Assembly: GCA_964035545.1 (NCBI GenBank)
Contig: OZ037767.1
Coordinates: 29,342,628-29,406,627 of the forward strand
DNA from: Bugula neritina
Taxonomy: Eukaryota > Animalia > Bryozoa
Length of the DNA: 64,000 bases
Direction of reading: 5' to 3'
How positions within the stretch are numbered: position 1 is the first letter of the stretch; each line of letters begins with the position of its first letter. The notes below the pieces were generated by a model that saw nothing but the letters and a program-made list of their open reading frames with translations, ran no database searches and was not told the origin of the DNA. Position numbers and translations under genes: made by a program. Below, one piece after another: positions 1 through 13,291 of the stretch.

Positions 1-672
1 AAAGGAATTTTATAAGACACCATACCTGTTACAATTAAACTGCTGAGGTAACACTTTATTGGTGGGTTTTTGAATTGAAACAGGTGAATATATTCACATA
101 AATTAGAATTCTACCAAAACTACATGTCAAATTCCACCAACTTGAGAAAAAATCTTATTCAGTTTGGCCACACACATTGATTTAAGCCAGTTGGTTTGGT
201 TAGCAGGTGAAGAGTATGACTGAAAAAGATGATGGATGGTGACAGGTAATTATCATTGTCAATTTGAATGGTAATATACACTTATTAGACACAGCCGAGA
301 AAAAACCTTGCGACTAATACAGAAATAAGGGAGGAGTAGATAGGCACATGAGTCCCTTGGTGAGAGCAATTTTAGCAATAATGAACAGTTTGGTCAGCTA
401 AAAGGTTAATCGCGAGGTTCATTTCCTGTTGAAAGTCGGGCAAGGTCTGCAGCAGCAGTTCATTAGCTACACGGGACTCATTTTCTTGGTCAGCAAAGTT
501 GATGAAATGAGACAAGAAAGAAAAAGCAGCAAAACTAACTTAACAGGAAAAATATGCCATACTCTGGGTTGATAGAGACTCTTGGAGATGATAAGTGGCA
601 ATTCTAATTAATTTCTATAACTCTGATGGTAATAAATTCTTAGTTTAGTAACCGTCAGCTAATGCCCTAAAC

Positions 673-947
673 CAGGGGTGTCCATTCGAGGGCCACATTC
701 TAAAACTTAGCTTGAGCTGAGGGCCACATCATCAGTTTTTAAATTAATTTATTCCAAATTCCTATGAATCATTACATAATAAAGTCACAATAATTACTGC
801 AGGCTGCATGTTTTGTAGCATATATAAAAATAAATATTTTAAAAGTTGTTTTTTTATTTTAATTCATATATGTGTAAAATAATTCTGTTTATTATGCCTT
901 TGAGGGCCACATAAATGTAGGCTGGGGTCACCTGTTGGACAGCTCTG
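673..947. mobile_element. hAT/Charlie-like MITE (degenerate)
   Basis: Imperfect TIRs CAGGGGTGTCCA ... TGGACAGCTCTG; flanking 8-mers CCCTAAAC / GCCTAGAC resemble a Charlie-type TSD; internal repeated GAGGGCCACA motifs. Confidence 0.65.
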
Positions 948-1519
948 GCCTAGACTATAGAGACACCATGTAAATTATAATAATTATAACTCCAATTTTT
1001 CAAATAACAATATCCACGACAAATGGATAAAATTGCCTACAAGTTGGTGATGTTAGAAGTATAATTTTATCTGTTGTGAAAAGTAGCACCTAATTTGCAA
1101 TTTTTTCATTAAAAAACACAAAGATAAAAGTACTAAAACCTCAAATTTTGTCTTCGTAAAGCCTATTTGCATTTTTCGCCATAGAATAAATTATTTGAAG
1201 TAGATTTTTCAACAAATATATTAATATTACAGAAATTGCAATAATTAAATAAAATATTTAATTTGATATAAATGCAAATTATCTGTTATATTTATATCAC
1301 AATAATGACATTGACTAGCTATCAAACTGTTGCGTGTTTTATCATAAAAATACTTCAGTTGACTAAACGTAACCTAGTATTTAAGAACTATTATACTCAT
1401 AAGTTATAGCTATACAATGCATGGGCGTGCTCCCATGTTAGCCCTAAAATGAGCTCACAATGATGTAAATATTTAATGGTTTAGAGTTTGAATAAAGCAA
1501 GAGTATTTCTAACACAGAC

Positions 1520-4500
1520 CCAGAACACGCTAGAGCTCCATCATTCTGAAATGTCAGACAGTAAACCTCCTTACTGTGTCCCTCCTGGTGGATTATCTCC
1601 TCCTGGGCCTCCAGATCCCAGAACCTCCACGACTTGTCAAAACTAGAACCCACAATGCAAAGAATAAGCCACACTTTATATCGGTATACTTATATGCTAT
1701 GCCACACTCTATGTTGCTATAATATTTATATGCTAAACCACACTCTATGTTAGTATAATATTTATATGCTATACCACACTCTATGTTGCTATAATATTTA
1801 TATGCTAAACCACACTCTATGTTGCTATAATATTTATATGCCATACCACACTCTATGTTGCTATAATATTTATATGCTAAACCGCACTCTATGTTGCAAT
1901 GATATTTATATGCTACAATATAGCCTATATTTGTATAACAATGGATGAAATTAATGTAATTATAATATTATTTACTCAGTCAAACTATGCAAATTCTTAT
2001 AAAAAAAATTAATTAAAATAAAATATAAATTAAAAGAAACTTTTAAAACTTATTAGATAACTATAGCTTCTACTATCTCCTCCATGTACATAAAAATGCA
2101 TACAATCACAGGGCCACCCAGTATTTTTTTTTAATATAGGTTTTGGGACGGTTTTTGTGTACAACGAATTCAAACTGCACGTGCAAGTAAATGCATTGCA
2201 GCTTTATAAAAAGATCTTGTGCTTTTTTCAAAAAGTAGACAATTTGACTAAAGTTAACAATAAACTCATAAAAAATACTTTCATACTTCCGAAAATACGA
2301 AACATCAGTTTATGAAAGCTGTTCAGGTTACAAGAACTAGTAGCTGTCTTCAAAATTTTGGTTGAAAAACAACACCATGTATAACAAAAGAGAAGAGAAA
2401 TATTAAAAGCAATTAATGTGTAGGCAATGCAGCAATATTACTAAAGTGATGATAAGTAAGATCTGTATATAACGCAAAACAAATAAATCTAAATATCGTC
2501 AAAATGATAATATTTCGCTCCACAAAACTTACATTCAAAAACATGCTGGCATTTATATATTTTATTAAACTTTATTCTATTAAATATGGAGCCTATACTT
2601 GATGGGCTAGAACTTGAAATGGCACACATTTAACAAATTTTAAATTCTTGTTTTTTGATAAATTGCCCAGCGGTTTTAAAAAATGCAAATTCATTCAATT
2701 TTTGTAGTTATTATTTAAATTACTTTTTTAAATATTTTCATTCCAATATTTAAAATAACCAACTTCAAAATTATAATCGGGAACTTATTATTTAAAGTTT
2801 AAAAATGACTGTGCTAGCAAAAAATGGTTTCGGTATCTGTTAGAGTCTTAGTTATGACCATATATTATTTTATCCAATCAAGAAAAGTAAAAATATCATG
2901 TAACAAAAAATGCAAGTGCAAATCGATTAGCCGGGCTGATGGTAGCAATTGACATTTAAAAAGTATTATCTTGCCATAAATTTTCCACCTTGTTTCAAAT
3001 TATCAGTGAAAACAAAAATAAAATTTTTTAGGAGCTTGAAATATGATAAATAACGTGCTTTTTGCTCATCTTAGGTATAAATATTAAATCATAATAAACA
3101 TCAAAACACTAGAAGATTACTTGTAAAAGAGAAATGAAGCTATTAGTTTTTGGGGTACACCTGACAACTTTCATCCATTAGCCACTGAAAAATAACATTG
3201 GTCAGATTTTCACTTTTAGTGATTAATTAAATTGAGTTTAAGCAACTGTTACATATATGGCATTTTAAATATTTGTAACTTTACTCAAAACCCATTATTT
3301 AAATTGAAGTAGACAGAGATACCATCTTTTTACACAGTACTCAGAAAACACCAATAAACTTGAAAGAGAACTTGGAGGTATTGCAAATATCCTGTCAATT
3401 CATCAAGTATAGTAAAAACAGTTCAAAGCAGCCCTGCAAGTTTTATTCTCGATAACATAAGCTTTTGGTAAGCTTTAAGAGGACCAGAAAAATCTTGTTA
3501 GGCTTCTCGCAACTTATTCCGATTAAAATAAGTTAATTTCATGGCGCCTAAAGCCAGATTTACTTTAAGCTACAACCAAAATGACTCTGATGGAAGAGCT
3601 CAGTGGGTTACACTTCCCTTGCCAAGATTTAAAAACCGCAAATTATAAATGACCTTCAAGCCCTCGAAACCCTCCAGTGATGTTTTTGCTGCACCTGTTA
3701 GCACCAACGGAGTAACAATTTGGTTTTGCCTTTTGGTGTGGGCTGCAACAGCTTACATTATGCTAATAGAATGGTTCCTCAACATTTTTATTTCTAAAAG
3801 TTGAGCATAAAATAAAACTAGAGATGAATGAATTACTAGAAGATAAAAGATAAAACAATAAAAAAGCAATTAAGTTTAAAAAAATGAAAAATTAAAATTG
3901 CTATATTTTTTTCCTCCTAAGACAGCTAATCAACAACTTTAATAATCAAGTATAAACTTTCCCATATGCCAACTATGTTTAAATTGATAAAGATGTCTAC
4001 TTATTTTGATTTTTCATACCTGAACAGAAATAAGAGTGTGTTTGTGATCAGTATAAATTATTTCCTTCTATAACTATTATTATTTGTTCCCGTAAATATT
4101 CTTATTACTTTATAGAACCTATATATACCCACGTTTTGTGCATAAATAGTACATGTGAGTCATACAAATTACAATTAGACTGGTAGTTTATTTGGAGAGA
4201 AAAAAGTATTATGTTCCATAAACACTTTAATTTCGTATTAGTGTGATAGTGTGATAAGGTTTTGCCAATAATAAAAAAAATACTTTTATGCATAGGAATA
4301 AATTCACAGTACATTTAAAAATTAGAAACAATAAAAAACAAAAAGTTATATAAGCACCAAAATACCAAATGCTATAATATAAACCACCCTGGCATCGGGT
4401 TTGCAGAAACATGCTGGTTTTAGAACATGGGGGTAGAAATACCTGCAGAAAATGTGTTCAGGCTAAAGTAGTGAGTCTTGAATGACTTTATATAAAAAAG

Positions 4501-7500
4501 ACTTCAAACAACCCCATAAAAACCTGAAATAAAAACTAAAGGCAATTTTGAAACTCCTTTAATGACTTTCCATGGATGGTTTATATATAACAGAGACTAA
4601 CTCTGTAAACAGTTGACCTGTGAAACTAGTTTGTAGTCAGTAAAAATTTTAATTCTCAACTTTGACAGCTCTAAAACTAATAAAAAATGAACACCAATTG
4701 ATAGGCTAAAAGAGATCATTTCTAAAATTAAATGAAAAATACTAGGAATCATATTACCATCAATTTTACAGTAGATTTTAAAGACTTATACGTGTAGATA
4801 CAAGAATACAGCTAATCACCATTTTTCCATGGATTGATCTTAGCAAGATCCATCCATGGAAAGACGTCAAAGATTGATCTGAGAAGTAGAAAAAGACGGC
4901 CTCAATAAAATGTTGCCTGCTAATAAAAATTATAACTTATTATTAATTACTAAGCAAAGTACCAATTAATTACTATAGAAACCTTTTCAGAAGTTAAAAT
5001 TTGACTTTCATCACAATGATTAAAAAAACTCAATTATATAAAATTATAGACGGTGGAAGGTACAAAAATGGGAGCATTTAAATTGAATTTAAATGACTAT
5101 TAAAACTTACTTTCATTTGCTTAACTTTCACTTACTTGATGCGTAATTTAAAGCCTAACAATCCTGTAATTTTATGAAAAATCTGCAAGACAGCTAGTCA
5201 TTATATATAAGCTGCCAAGCTAAAAAATTAAGAGTAGTTATCTTAAATTGGCCAAATTACTTCATACTAAACGCTTTGCTGGGTATAGTTTATAGCTGGC
5301 GTTAAATTTTAGACTGCAAAAATCTTGTTTTTTAAACCACAGTAGCTTTAATCACTCAGATGGGTGAACAAATTATACTATTAAAGTACCCTTCACTTAT
5401 GAAGAGGCAGCTCCGTGAGATTGTTTCATGGAAAGACGGCGAATAAGGAAATTTTACTAGTTCTAGCATTTCACACAGTGTATGATTAATACCATATTAT
5501 TTAAAAGCTTTGAATTTTACAAGTACGAAAGAGAATAACAGCTTGTTAAAGAGTATAAACAAAGAATTTAGTGGGTAAGAAAAAGAAAGCTCACAAGAAC
5601 TTTCTGATCAAAACTTTCACAACAATTATAGTGGTGGCGATAGCAAGTTCAACGGAACTGTAATACAGCAGACATGGCCCTTAGCCCCAGTGCTTGTGTG
5701 ATATTCTTAGTGTCAACTAATAAATCAAACCATAACTCTACCGCACTGTCACTACGTTTCTATTATCGCATTATTCGAATGGATTTTTTCATTCGCCCCA
5801 TGGAAATAGTTGCATCGGAGCAAAACAGCAGCAGGAAATTCAATGTAAAGACTCCTTCGATGAAAATTTCCTTCGCCTTATTCGAATCATGGAAACGGGT
5901 CTGTAGCTTAAAGGATTGCTCTATCTTAGTTTATTACAATCACATTATAATTATGAACTATAATCTAATGTGTATGCAAACAATTGTGACTTTGCAAAGG
6001 GATATATGCCTAGAAAACAGCTTTTCAAAATTCCAATTTTGAGGGAGGTAAAATTTTCAGCCATGAAAAAGAATAGCCTAATACGTGACGTGTGAACGCC
6101 AGTAACTATGCTGCACGTGCTAACTATAACGCTAGTATTCAAGGTTGCTTAGCGCAACATCAACCAATAACGCTCAAGCAGTTACAGTGCGCTATATAGG
6201 TCAGCTTTGGTGCGCCCGTAATATTGCACAATCTGACCTAGTTTAGATCGATCGCAGGCATTCATCCTAAAGAATGCATGTTTTTGCAATGCTTTTTTCT
6301 ATGTTTACAAGCAAAATATGGCCTAATGTTATCACATACATGTTATTTAACATGTCAAAAAACTATAGATTGAGATAATTCACATTTGCACTTCTATAAA
6401 TATACAAATTACGGGCTGAAAGATCACATCTCACAGTCATATTTCTATAGTTATTCCTTTGTATAGTCACGTGACCAGCAGGAATGCTGGCGCTGTTACG
6501 TCACATTTCCCAGCTCATTTCAAAATCGGCGTTTTGGCTGTTACCAATCTACACCCTCAACTTCAACTAACTTTTTCTACCTTTGGTCAAATGCTTTTTG
6601 TCAATGCATGCTTAGAAAAACACAATATTATGTGTGTTTGACCTAAATGGCCATTTATTAGACAAGATAGAGCAATCCTTTAAATTTAATGAAACCTTTT
6701 GTGACGGAGGCAGAGATCAGCAATTGTAGCGGCTAGTGACGTAGTTACTCGATGTAAACAATAAGTATAAGTTATAACCTACGCTAAGGTGTCTCATAAC
6801 AACTTAAATTTTATTTATCTTAGCTGCTATTATTTAAAATAATTACCAATCATTTAAATTTATAAAACTTTTCTGTAAGCCGGAGCATCCCGAAGCTAAA
6901 AATAAATTGACAGCTATTTTCATTTTGAAGCTTCAAATTACTCTTAAAATTTAGTTTACGCCACGAAATACTTTATGCTTTCATTGGTTTGTGCTTTTTC
7001 AAGTCAAAATAAATTCATCGGCTCAAAGTTTGTGTATTTAATGAATTTAATCTAGCAAAAATGGGGCAAAAGCGGTAATTAATTTGTCATTAAGCATGAA
7101 CACTAACTCAAAGTTGGCCATATTAATTTACAAATTTTAATTCAGCTGGCATAATTGTAAAGAGAAGATAACTTCATGCGGATTGCATAGAAACGTATGG
7201 TTTTCCCTCGATGTAATCAGGGTGTCATCTCAGATAGACGCTATTTATTTATTTTGGTATAATATATATTCTATGTGCAATTTATTTGAAAACATTATAG
7301 AAATATATGTATATTTAAATAAAATTGAATCAATTGCTTGTTACTTAGCACATGAATAAATTCCTTTGATCTGCATTAACTTATTAATTTTGTATTTTCT
7401 ATACCTCTTGTTCTTTAAAAAGACATTGTGTTAATAAGTATTCATTAAAGATCATATCTATGATTAATGTATTACTGCTTTTTTTCATACACATATCCAT

Positions 7501-10500
7501 GAAAATAGAAATATCATTCCAGATAATTTATATTAGCTATTATAGCTATTATAAGCTATAGCTATTTAGTAATCAATGCAACATCTATGTAAGTATGTTA
7601 CTATATTATGTAATTGCACCAAAATAAAAAATAGCGTCTAACTGGGATGAAACTGTAATCAGTACGGGTATACACTTTCCTAACTCAAGCATTGAAAATT
7701 CTTATGAAGGAAGAAAATGTTCAACTAACAATTTGAGTTAGTATTCAATATTTGCGCTCAATGTAAATGATCTCCATAATGTTGAATAAAATGGTAACTT
7801 TTTATCATTAAATTTTTGTATATTTTTAACAAAATGCTATGTTAGTTGAATGCATTGAAGTACATATTAAAATTCTATTTAGCTACAGTAACAATTCACT
7901 GACATGAGTTTGGTTTGCTTATGGTAATCTAACAACCAAAACCAAAATTATAGCTCGTTCCCCTACCAGATAACTTTTTACTGAATTCATATTAAATAAT
8001 CGTTTCATAGCCAGATATGGTAGCTGTAAAAAGTCAGTTTTTTTCCTTTTTACCATAATTTTTTAAAAGTTAAAAAATGATGCAGCTCAATGCTTTTATG
8101 GCTTTATTGCTAATACTTCTAGTGGAACAATTTGAAGTCCTGTACATAAAATACCATGACACTGTTGAGACATCTTATAGCTCTAAGTTAAAAGCAGAAA
8201 TTTTAATCTACAAATTTATCCATTAGTAGATTCTGTATTATTTATAATTTATATTATAACAATAAATATTTTAGCAACTTTTGAATAAAATATTAAGCAA
8301 GTTAGTTAACTACTTAAAAGTTTGTGACAACTAGTATGTTAAGCTGATGGGAAGAATTAGAGGTTTTCTATTGTCAGCGACTAAAATAGCTGTATTGAAT
8401 TTGAATGAGCACTAGCATCTCAAAGTATGAAAGATGACAAGCAAAAGCTCTACCCTACTTGGGTGAGTACTCCATCACTTTGTTAACCTGATTATACTTT
8501 TACTAAAGAGATTTTCAGTATTAAGGTAATTATTTAAAAGTACTGACGGAAACTATATAACATATTATTAATTAGCAAAATTAAGATTGGTTATAAAAAT
8601 ATAACCACCTTACTCTGGTAAACTTAAAGTAGTCCTAACTTTAACTCAAGTTACTAACTTGGCGATCACTAATTGGGACAAATTATGGCCTGATCATATT
8701 TGGCCCTACTTTTATCTCTAACAACCCATATGGCTGTACTTTAAATCATCGAATAGAGTGTTTGAGACATAAGTACAGGTGTCCAGAAAAGTGGATGATG
8801 ATACATCAAAGAAAAGTTAGAAGGTGTTTCTCATAGCCTACTGACCATGCCGTCCCGAGGAACCTTCCGCTGGGGTGAAATGCAACCCGACTCACTCTAA
8901 ATGGAGAGTGGCCTTCGATATCAGCTATGGGTTCCTCACTCTCCAAGTTCCACAACTTCACCATGCCGCTCTGGTCACATGACGCCATGTTGATAGACTG
9001 TGGAGACTGAGTGAGACTAGCTTGTGGGTGGAAGGTAATACAGGAGGCCTGGCAGAGGTGCCCTAACCAACACAAAGTTACAAGAATTGATTCTCTGTAA
9101 AACCCAGGCCATGATTTAGTCAAAAGACTAAGTCATTATTATTAAAAAATAATTTTATAACTAAAACTGTACTTTTATATATACATGCTGACATGTAGAG
9201 CAGCTACTAAACAGGGCATTTATAACTTGGAACAATGAAAGGAACTTTTAAAAGATGATCGCATGAGGGTTACTTGAGATGAAATACTTGAATGAACAGG
9301 AAATGGTGCCACAATAGTGTTGAACTCTAAACTAATTAAGTGCTGCAAGGAAGAGAGAGTGACGAGTGAAGATTTGTTTTCAGCAACTCTAAGTATGAAA
9401 TAATTAATATCAGTAGAAATTAGCAGCGAAACTTAATCATGCAGATAAAGTACAAAAAAGCTCCTGAGAAAGAAGTGCTATCAAATACAGTTAGAAATGT
9501 TACAACTTTCAATAAAATTTTGAGAAGCTATTTTAAATATACATATTATACTAAGACACGTGCAGGAAAGTGGTAACATGAAAACAGCTGTTATTTTTAT
9601 AGTGTTTAATCTAAATCTTACTGCACATGCAGCACATTCAATTACAAAGAGCAAAGCTTCCAGTGGCCAGTCTTCTAATGATAGAATAAAATATAATAAA
9701 CATAGCAAACATATATATTACATAATGAAGGTGCACAGACTGAATGTAAAGCAGCCAATACAGTTCTCTCTGTTTTAGTAGCTAAAGAGTTAGCTAACAC
9801 AGACTACCATCAACTAGAGAACATTGGATAAGGATGAATATAAAGACTTCCATTGCCGTTTGATGGCTGAGTTATAGGAGTAATAGGAGCTTAAAGTTGA
9901 TCACTTGCTGTGACAAAACTGAAGACGGATGATTTGAAAGGAGTAACAGTTGAATGACCTGCCCATGTATGGTATTAGTTGAGATAATCTCCACAACAAA
10001 ATATGAGACTGAGCGATAAACTCCAAAAGTGAGCAATACACTCAGTACTACCACCAAGCTAAGTACATCCAATGGCCGATAACAGAATTGTTCTATACAT
10101 ACTGCTGAAATGAAAATAAAGGAGATAATCTACAATGTCCAGTATTCCATCTAACTCCAGGGTTAAACACACATTGTAAGTTATTGAAGTGATTAGAAAT
10201 TATCGAGTAGAACTGGTACAATGTGAGTGCATAAAAATTTCAATACATTTAATGAAAATTTAATATTATTTAATGGAAAATTATTACAGAGTTTAATTAA
10301 TTGAGAAATAGATCAAAATTGTGATAAAAAATTTTTCTAAATTTTACATTTTACAATTGAAACTTCCTGTTTAATGAACTATATATTATTTCATTAACTC
10401 AAGAAATGCAAGCTTACCTTTGAGTGTACGTATAAGCATACCTTTGAGTGTACGTATAAGCATACCTTTGAGTGTACGTATAAGCATACCTTTGAGTGTA

Positions 10501-13291
10501 CGTATAAGCATACCTTTGAGTGTACGTATAAGCATACCTTTGAGAGTACGTATAAGCTCACAGTCCGGGACAGACCATAACTTGCAGAGGCCCGACCAGC
10601 TAGCTGTAGCCAACATCTCACAGTTTGGGGAAAACTCGCAATACGACATCGGCCTGCTGTCTCCAATCTGACTCGCTTCATTTGTGAACGACTTGAAAAT
10701 CATATATTATTTATTGATACTTTCAAATGAGGCGGAAGCAATAAGATGGCAAATAGCAATAAATTATTAAACAAGAACAACTGTTATATAATACCTATAA
10801 CATTGTTAGAAAAAACTTTATGTGAAGCTATTAGTGATAACCATAAAGAAGTGTTGAAGATAAGTGCAATTATAAAATCAAAGAAGAAAATTGTAGAATA
10901 TATATGTATCAGCAATGGCCATTCAAAAACCTTATATCAGTTTCTGACCGGCATTGAATGGCCTCTGATAAAAATAGACATTGCCACCATATCTTACATG
11001 TACTACATATGTAGTTGCAGGAAGCAAAAAGACCACATCAAAGCTAACAATATAAAAGTATGTATTGCAAAGCCAGCATAAATGCTGTTCCCACCTGCAT
11101 GGTCTTTGTGAGCTCTTGCAGTTTGGCCTGCTTCTGTGTGTGAGTCACTAGAGAGTCAGTTTTCTCACCTTTCAAACGCCTGGCAGCGCGAGGCAGCGAG
11201 TATTGGGCTAAGACGATGCGAGCTTCTTTCAGAGCGAGTGTCCCCTCATGATACCAAGTCACATTTTCCTAAACACATCAACTCTTAAATTAAGACATAG
11301 TTTTAATAAAACCAGAGGCATAAAAATAACACTATTACCATGTGTTATGGAAATTGTGAAACACTAAACATTTCTATATAAAATATGACAAAACTGCAGC
11401 ATTAAAAATATAATTTGGATTGAAAACTGTAGGCATATATCTCACGGAGTGTTTACATGTAAACACACTGTATAGTTATATGCACACGTACTCCGCACAC
11501 ACAATATTTTCGATCAAACATTATATAATTGATAAACTCAGGTGGATGAAAACGTTCAGCTTTGAAAAGTCCTATCATAAAATACTCAAGTCATTGAATG
11601 GTCTCATTATTAAAGCACATAGCCAAGATATTCTAACACTGCATAAATTTAACTAGCATAGGCAGTCTTGCTTTAACTATATTATAACAGATCAATTATA
11701 TTATAACTGATGGAGACAAAACTAATGTATTGTCAGGGTTAGACCACTATAAAAGTTTTAAAACAGTCTTTACTCCAATAAACCTACTACTGTAATTTCT
11801 CTAAGTTTTAAAATTAGTTTCACCTATTTTCAACAATAACATATTTTAAATTAGAAGACTTTAGTTCAACTTTTTGTCTGTAAATAGAGTGTCTGAAATA
11901 AAAACATACCTGTTCTTTCTTCATAGACTCTTCACGCTTTTTCACCTCATCCTCTTTAGCCTGAATTTCTCCAAGTCTTGAGAGATAGTCTCTTAGTCTC
12001 TCCCTCCTATCTGCCGGCCCTTCTCCAAAGTAGCATATAGGCTCACCGAGTGACCTCAGTTTGACCTTCACTTCCGCGTCGTCTGTAGGAACTGCGATGT
12101 GCCGGGCCTGAAAAGTAAACCACACAGCTAGCTAGCTCACCAATGCTAAACACAGCTAGCTCACCAATGCTAAACACAGCTAGCTCACCAATGCTAAACA
12201 CAGCTAGCTCACCAATGCTAAACACAGCTAGCTCACCAATGTTTAGAAAATAACACTCAAAACAAAAAACTCACAATTATTGAGAAAAAAAATAGCAGCA
12301 GATTGCAAACTCGTTAAAACTTTCAATACAAATACAAACAATTAAAACACAGGTGATGGTTGCAACTTGTAAACAGGAGAAGGCAACTCTCAGACAGTTG
12401 TAACTAGTCGATGCAATGGTTTAGGATGTTTGAGGAAGTAACTATTTATGGACTTTTAGGAATTGTTTTACACTGAAAAAAGTACCTCCCCTTACTGATG
12501 TACTTACTTATGCGCAAGCTTTCTTATGAACTTTCGCATGCATTACTCATGCACCTACACATACACTTACTCTTTGACCACATAATAATTAGTGAAAAGC
12601 TTTTTTATTAACAATATCAGTATAAAATTTACAACAACTTTTGAAAGATTGTGTTTTATGTGTTAATTTGTGGCTCATTTCATCGCAGCTATACTGTGGT
12701 TAATATTGACGCTGAATTGAGAGAAAACTTACTCTCCTCCTTCTGTCAAACTCTGCTAACACAGCCTTTGTACTATCACTGGGCTCACCCCCACTAATTT
12801 CCATCGTCTTTCCTAAAGAACAACAACTATTTGAACTAACAAGAAAAGCTCTACAATTAGGAGTTGCCTAACCAATTCCATGAGACAACAACTAATAATA
12901 AATAATGTTTTGGACACAAAACTAGTTTCTTATTTTACCAATATTTACTGTAAGAAGTTTTGTACAAGAATTTTTCTCCTGAGAATTTTGGAGCCATAAA
13001 ACCAGCAATAAAACGAGTTATTTTTTAGTACACAAACTGGCAACATTTATTGAGGGGATGAGTCAACTTGACTACAAATAATGAACATGACTGTTGGAAT
13101 GAAAACCACGCTAAAAGGTTACACAATATAATCTCACCATCGCTAATATTAATGTTTCCTGCATCAATGCCAGTTTGTATTAATGAGTCTGTATTTCTAC
13201 CATGTTTCTTCATATGCTCTTCAAGGGTGCCATGATGCACCAACTTCTGCCTTTTTGGGACGGACACCACTTCGTCATCTGAGTCAGACAT
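1520..13291 (-). CDS. PRPF4: U4/U6 snRNP Prp4 (PRP4/SFM domain + WD40 repeats), 5' part; 3' exons lie left of the window
   Basis: Phase-consistent GT-AG exons: 13291-13138 ([20 protein letters not shown]), 12812-12733 ([19 protein letters not shown]), 12107-11910 ([36 protein letters not shown] motif), 11268-11095 ([15 protein letters not shown]), 10691-10538 ([34 protein letters not shown]), 9062-8846 ([30 protein letters not shown]), 1642-1520 ([20 protein letters not shown]). These motifs match Prp4 as I know it. Confidence 0.96.
1669..1915. repeat. 36-bp minisatellite, ~7 copies, just upstream of the PRPF4 exon-7 acceptor
   Basis: Unit CCACACTCTATGTTGCTATAATATTTATATGCTA(A/T)A; it explains ORFs 1593..1844 and 1766..1948. 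Confidence 0.95.
5912..6679. mobile_element. Non-autonomous TTAA-target DNA transposon (Kolobok-like)
   Basis: Perfect 16-bp TIRs AGGATTGCTCTATCTT / AAGATAGAGCAATCCT, each flanked by TTAA (5908-5911, 6680-6683); interior richer in CpG than the flanks; no transposase ORF. Confidence 0.8.
10413..10557 (-). repeat. 24-bp tandem repeat x6 duplicating the PRPF4 exon-5 5' splice junction
   Basis: Minus-strand unit CTTATACGTAC(A/T)CTCAAAG|GTATG; possible exon ends at 10538, 10514, 10490, 10466, 10442 (GTATGC) and 10418 (GTAAGC). Confidence 0.95.
12131..12241. repeat. 24-bp minisatellite, ~4.5 copies, just upstream of the PRPF4 exon-3 acceptor
   Basis: Unit TAGCTCACCAATGCTAAACACAGC starting at 12133, 12157, 12181, 12205 and 12229 (partial). 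Confidence 0.95.

Noticed and set aside
1593-1948. Repetitive ORFs ([11 protein letters not shown] / HTLCCYNIY)
   Set aside because: They are translations of the 36-bp minisatellite and have no splice or homology support.
10394-10681. Alternative-frame and antisense ORFs over PRPF4 exon 5
   Set aside because: They are by-products of a 24-bp repeat that is stop-free in several frames.
10413-12245. CRISPR-like arrays
   Set aside because: The repeats are head-to-tail with no unique spacers, the context is eukaryotic, and there are no cas genes.
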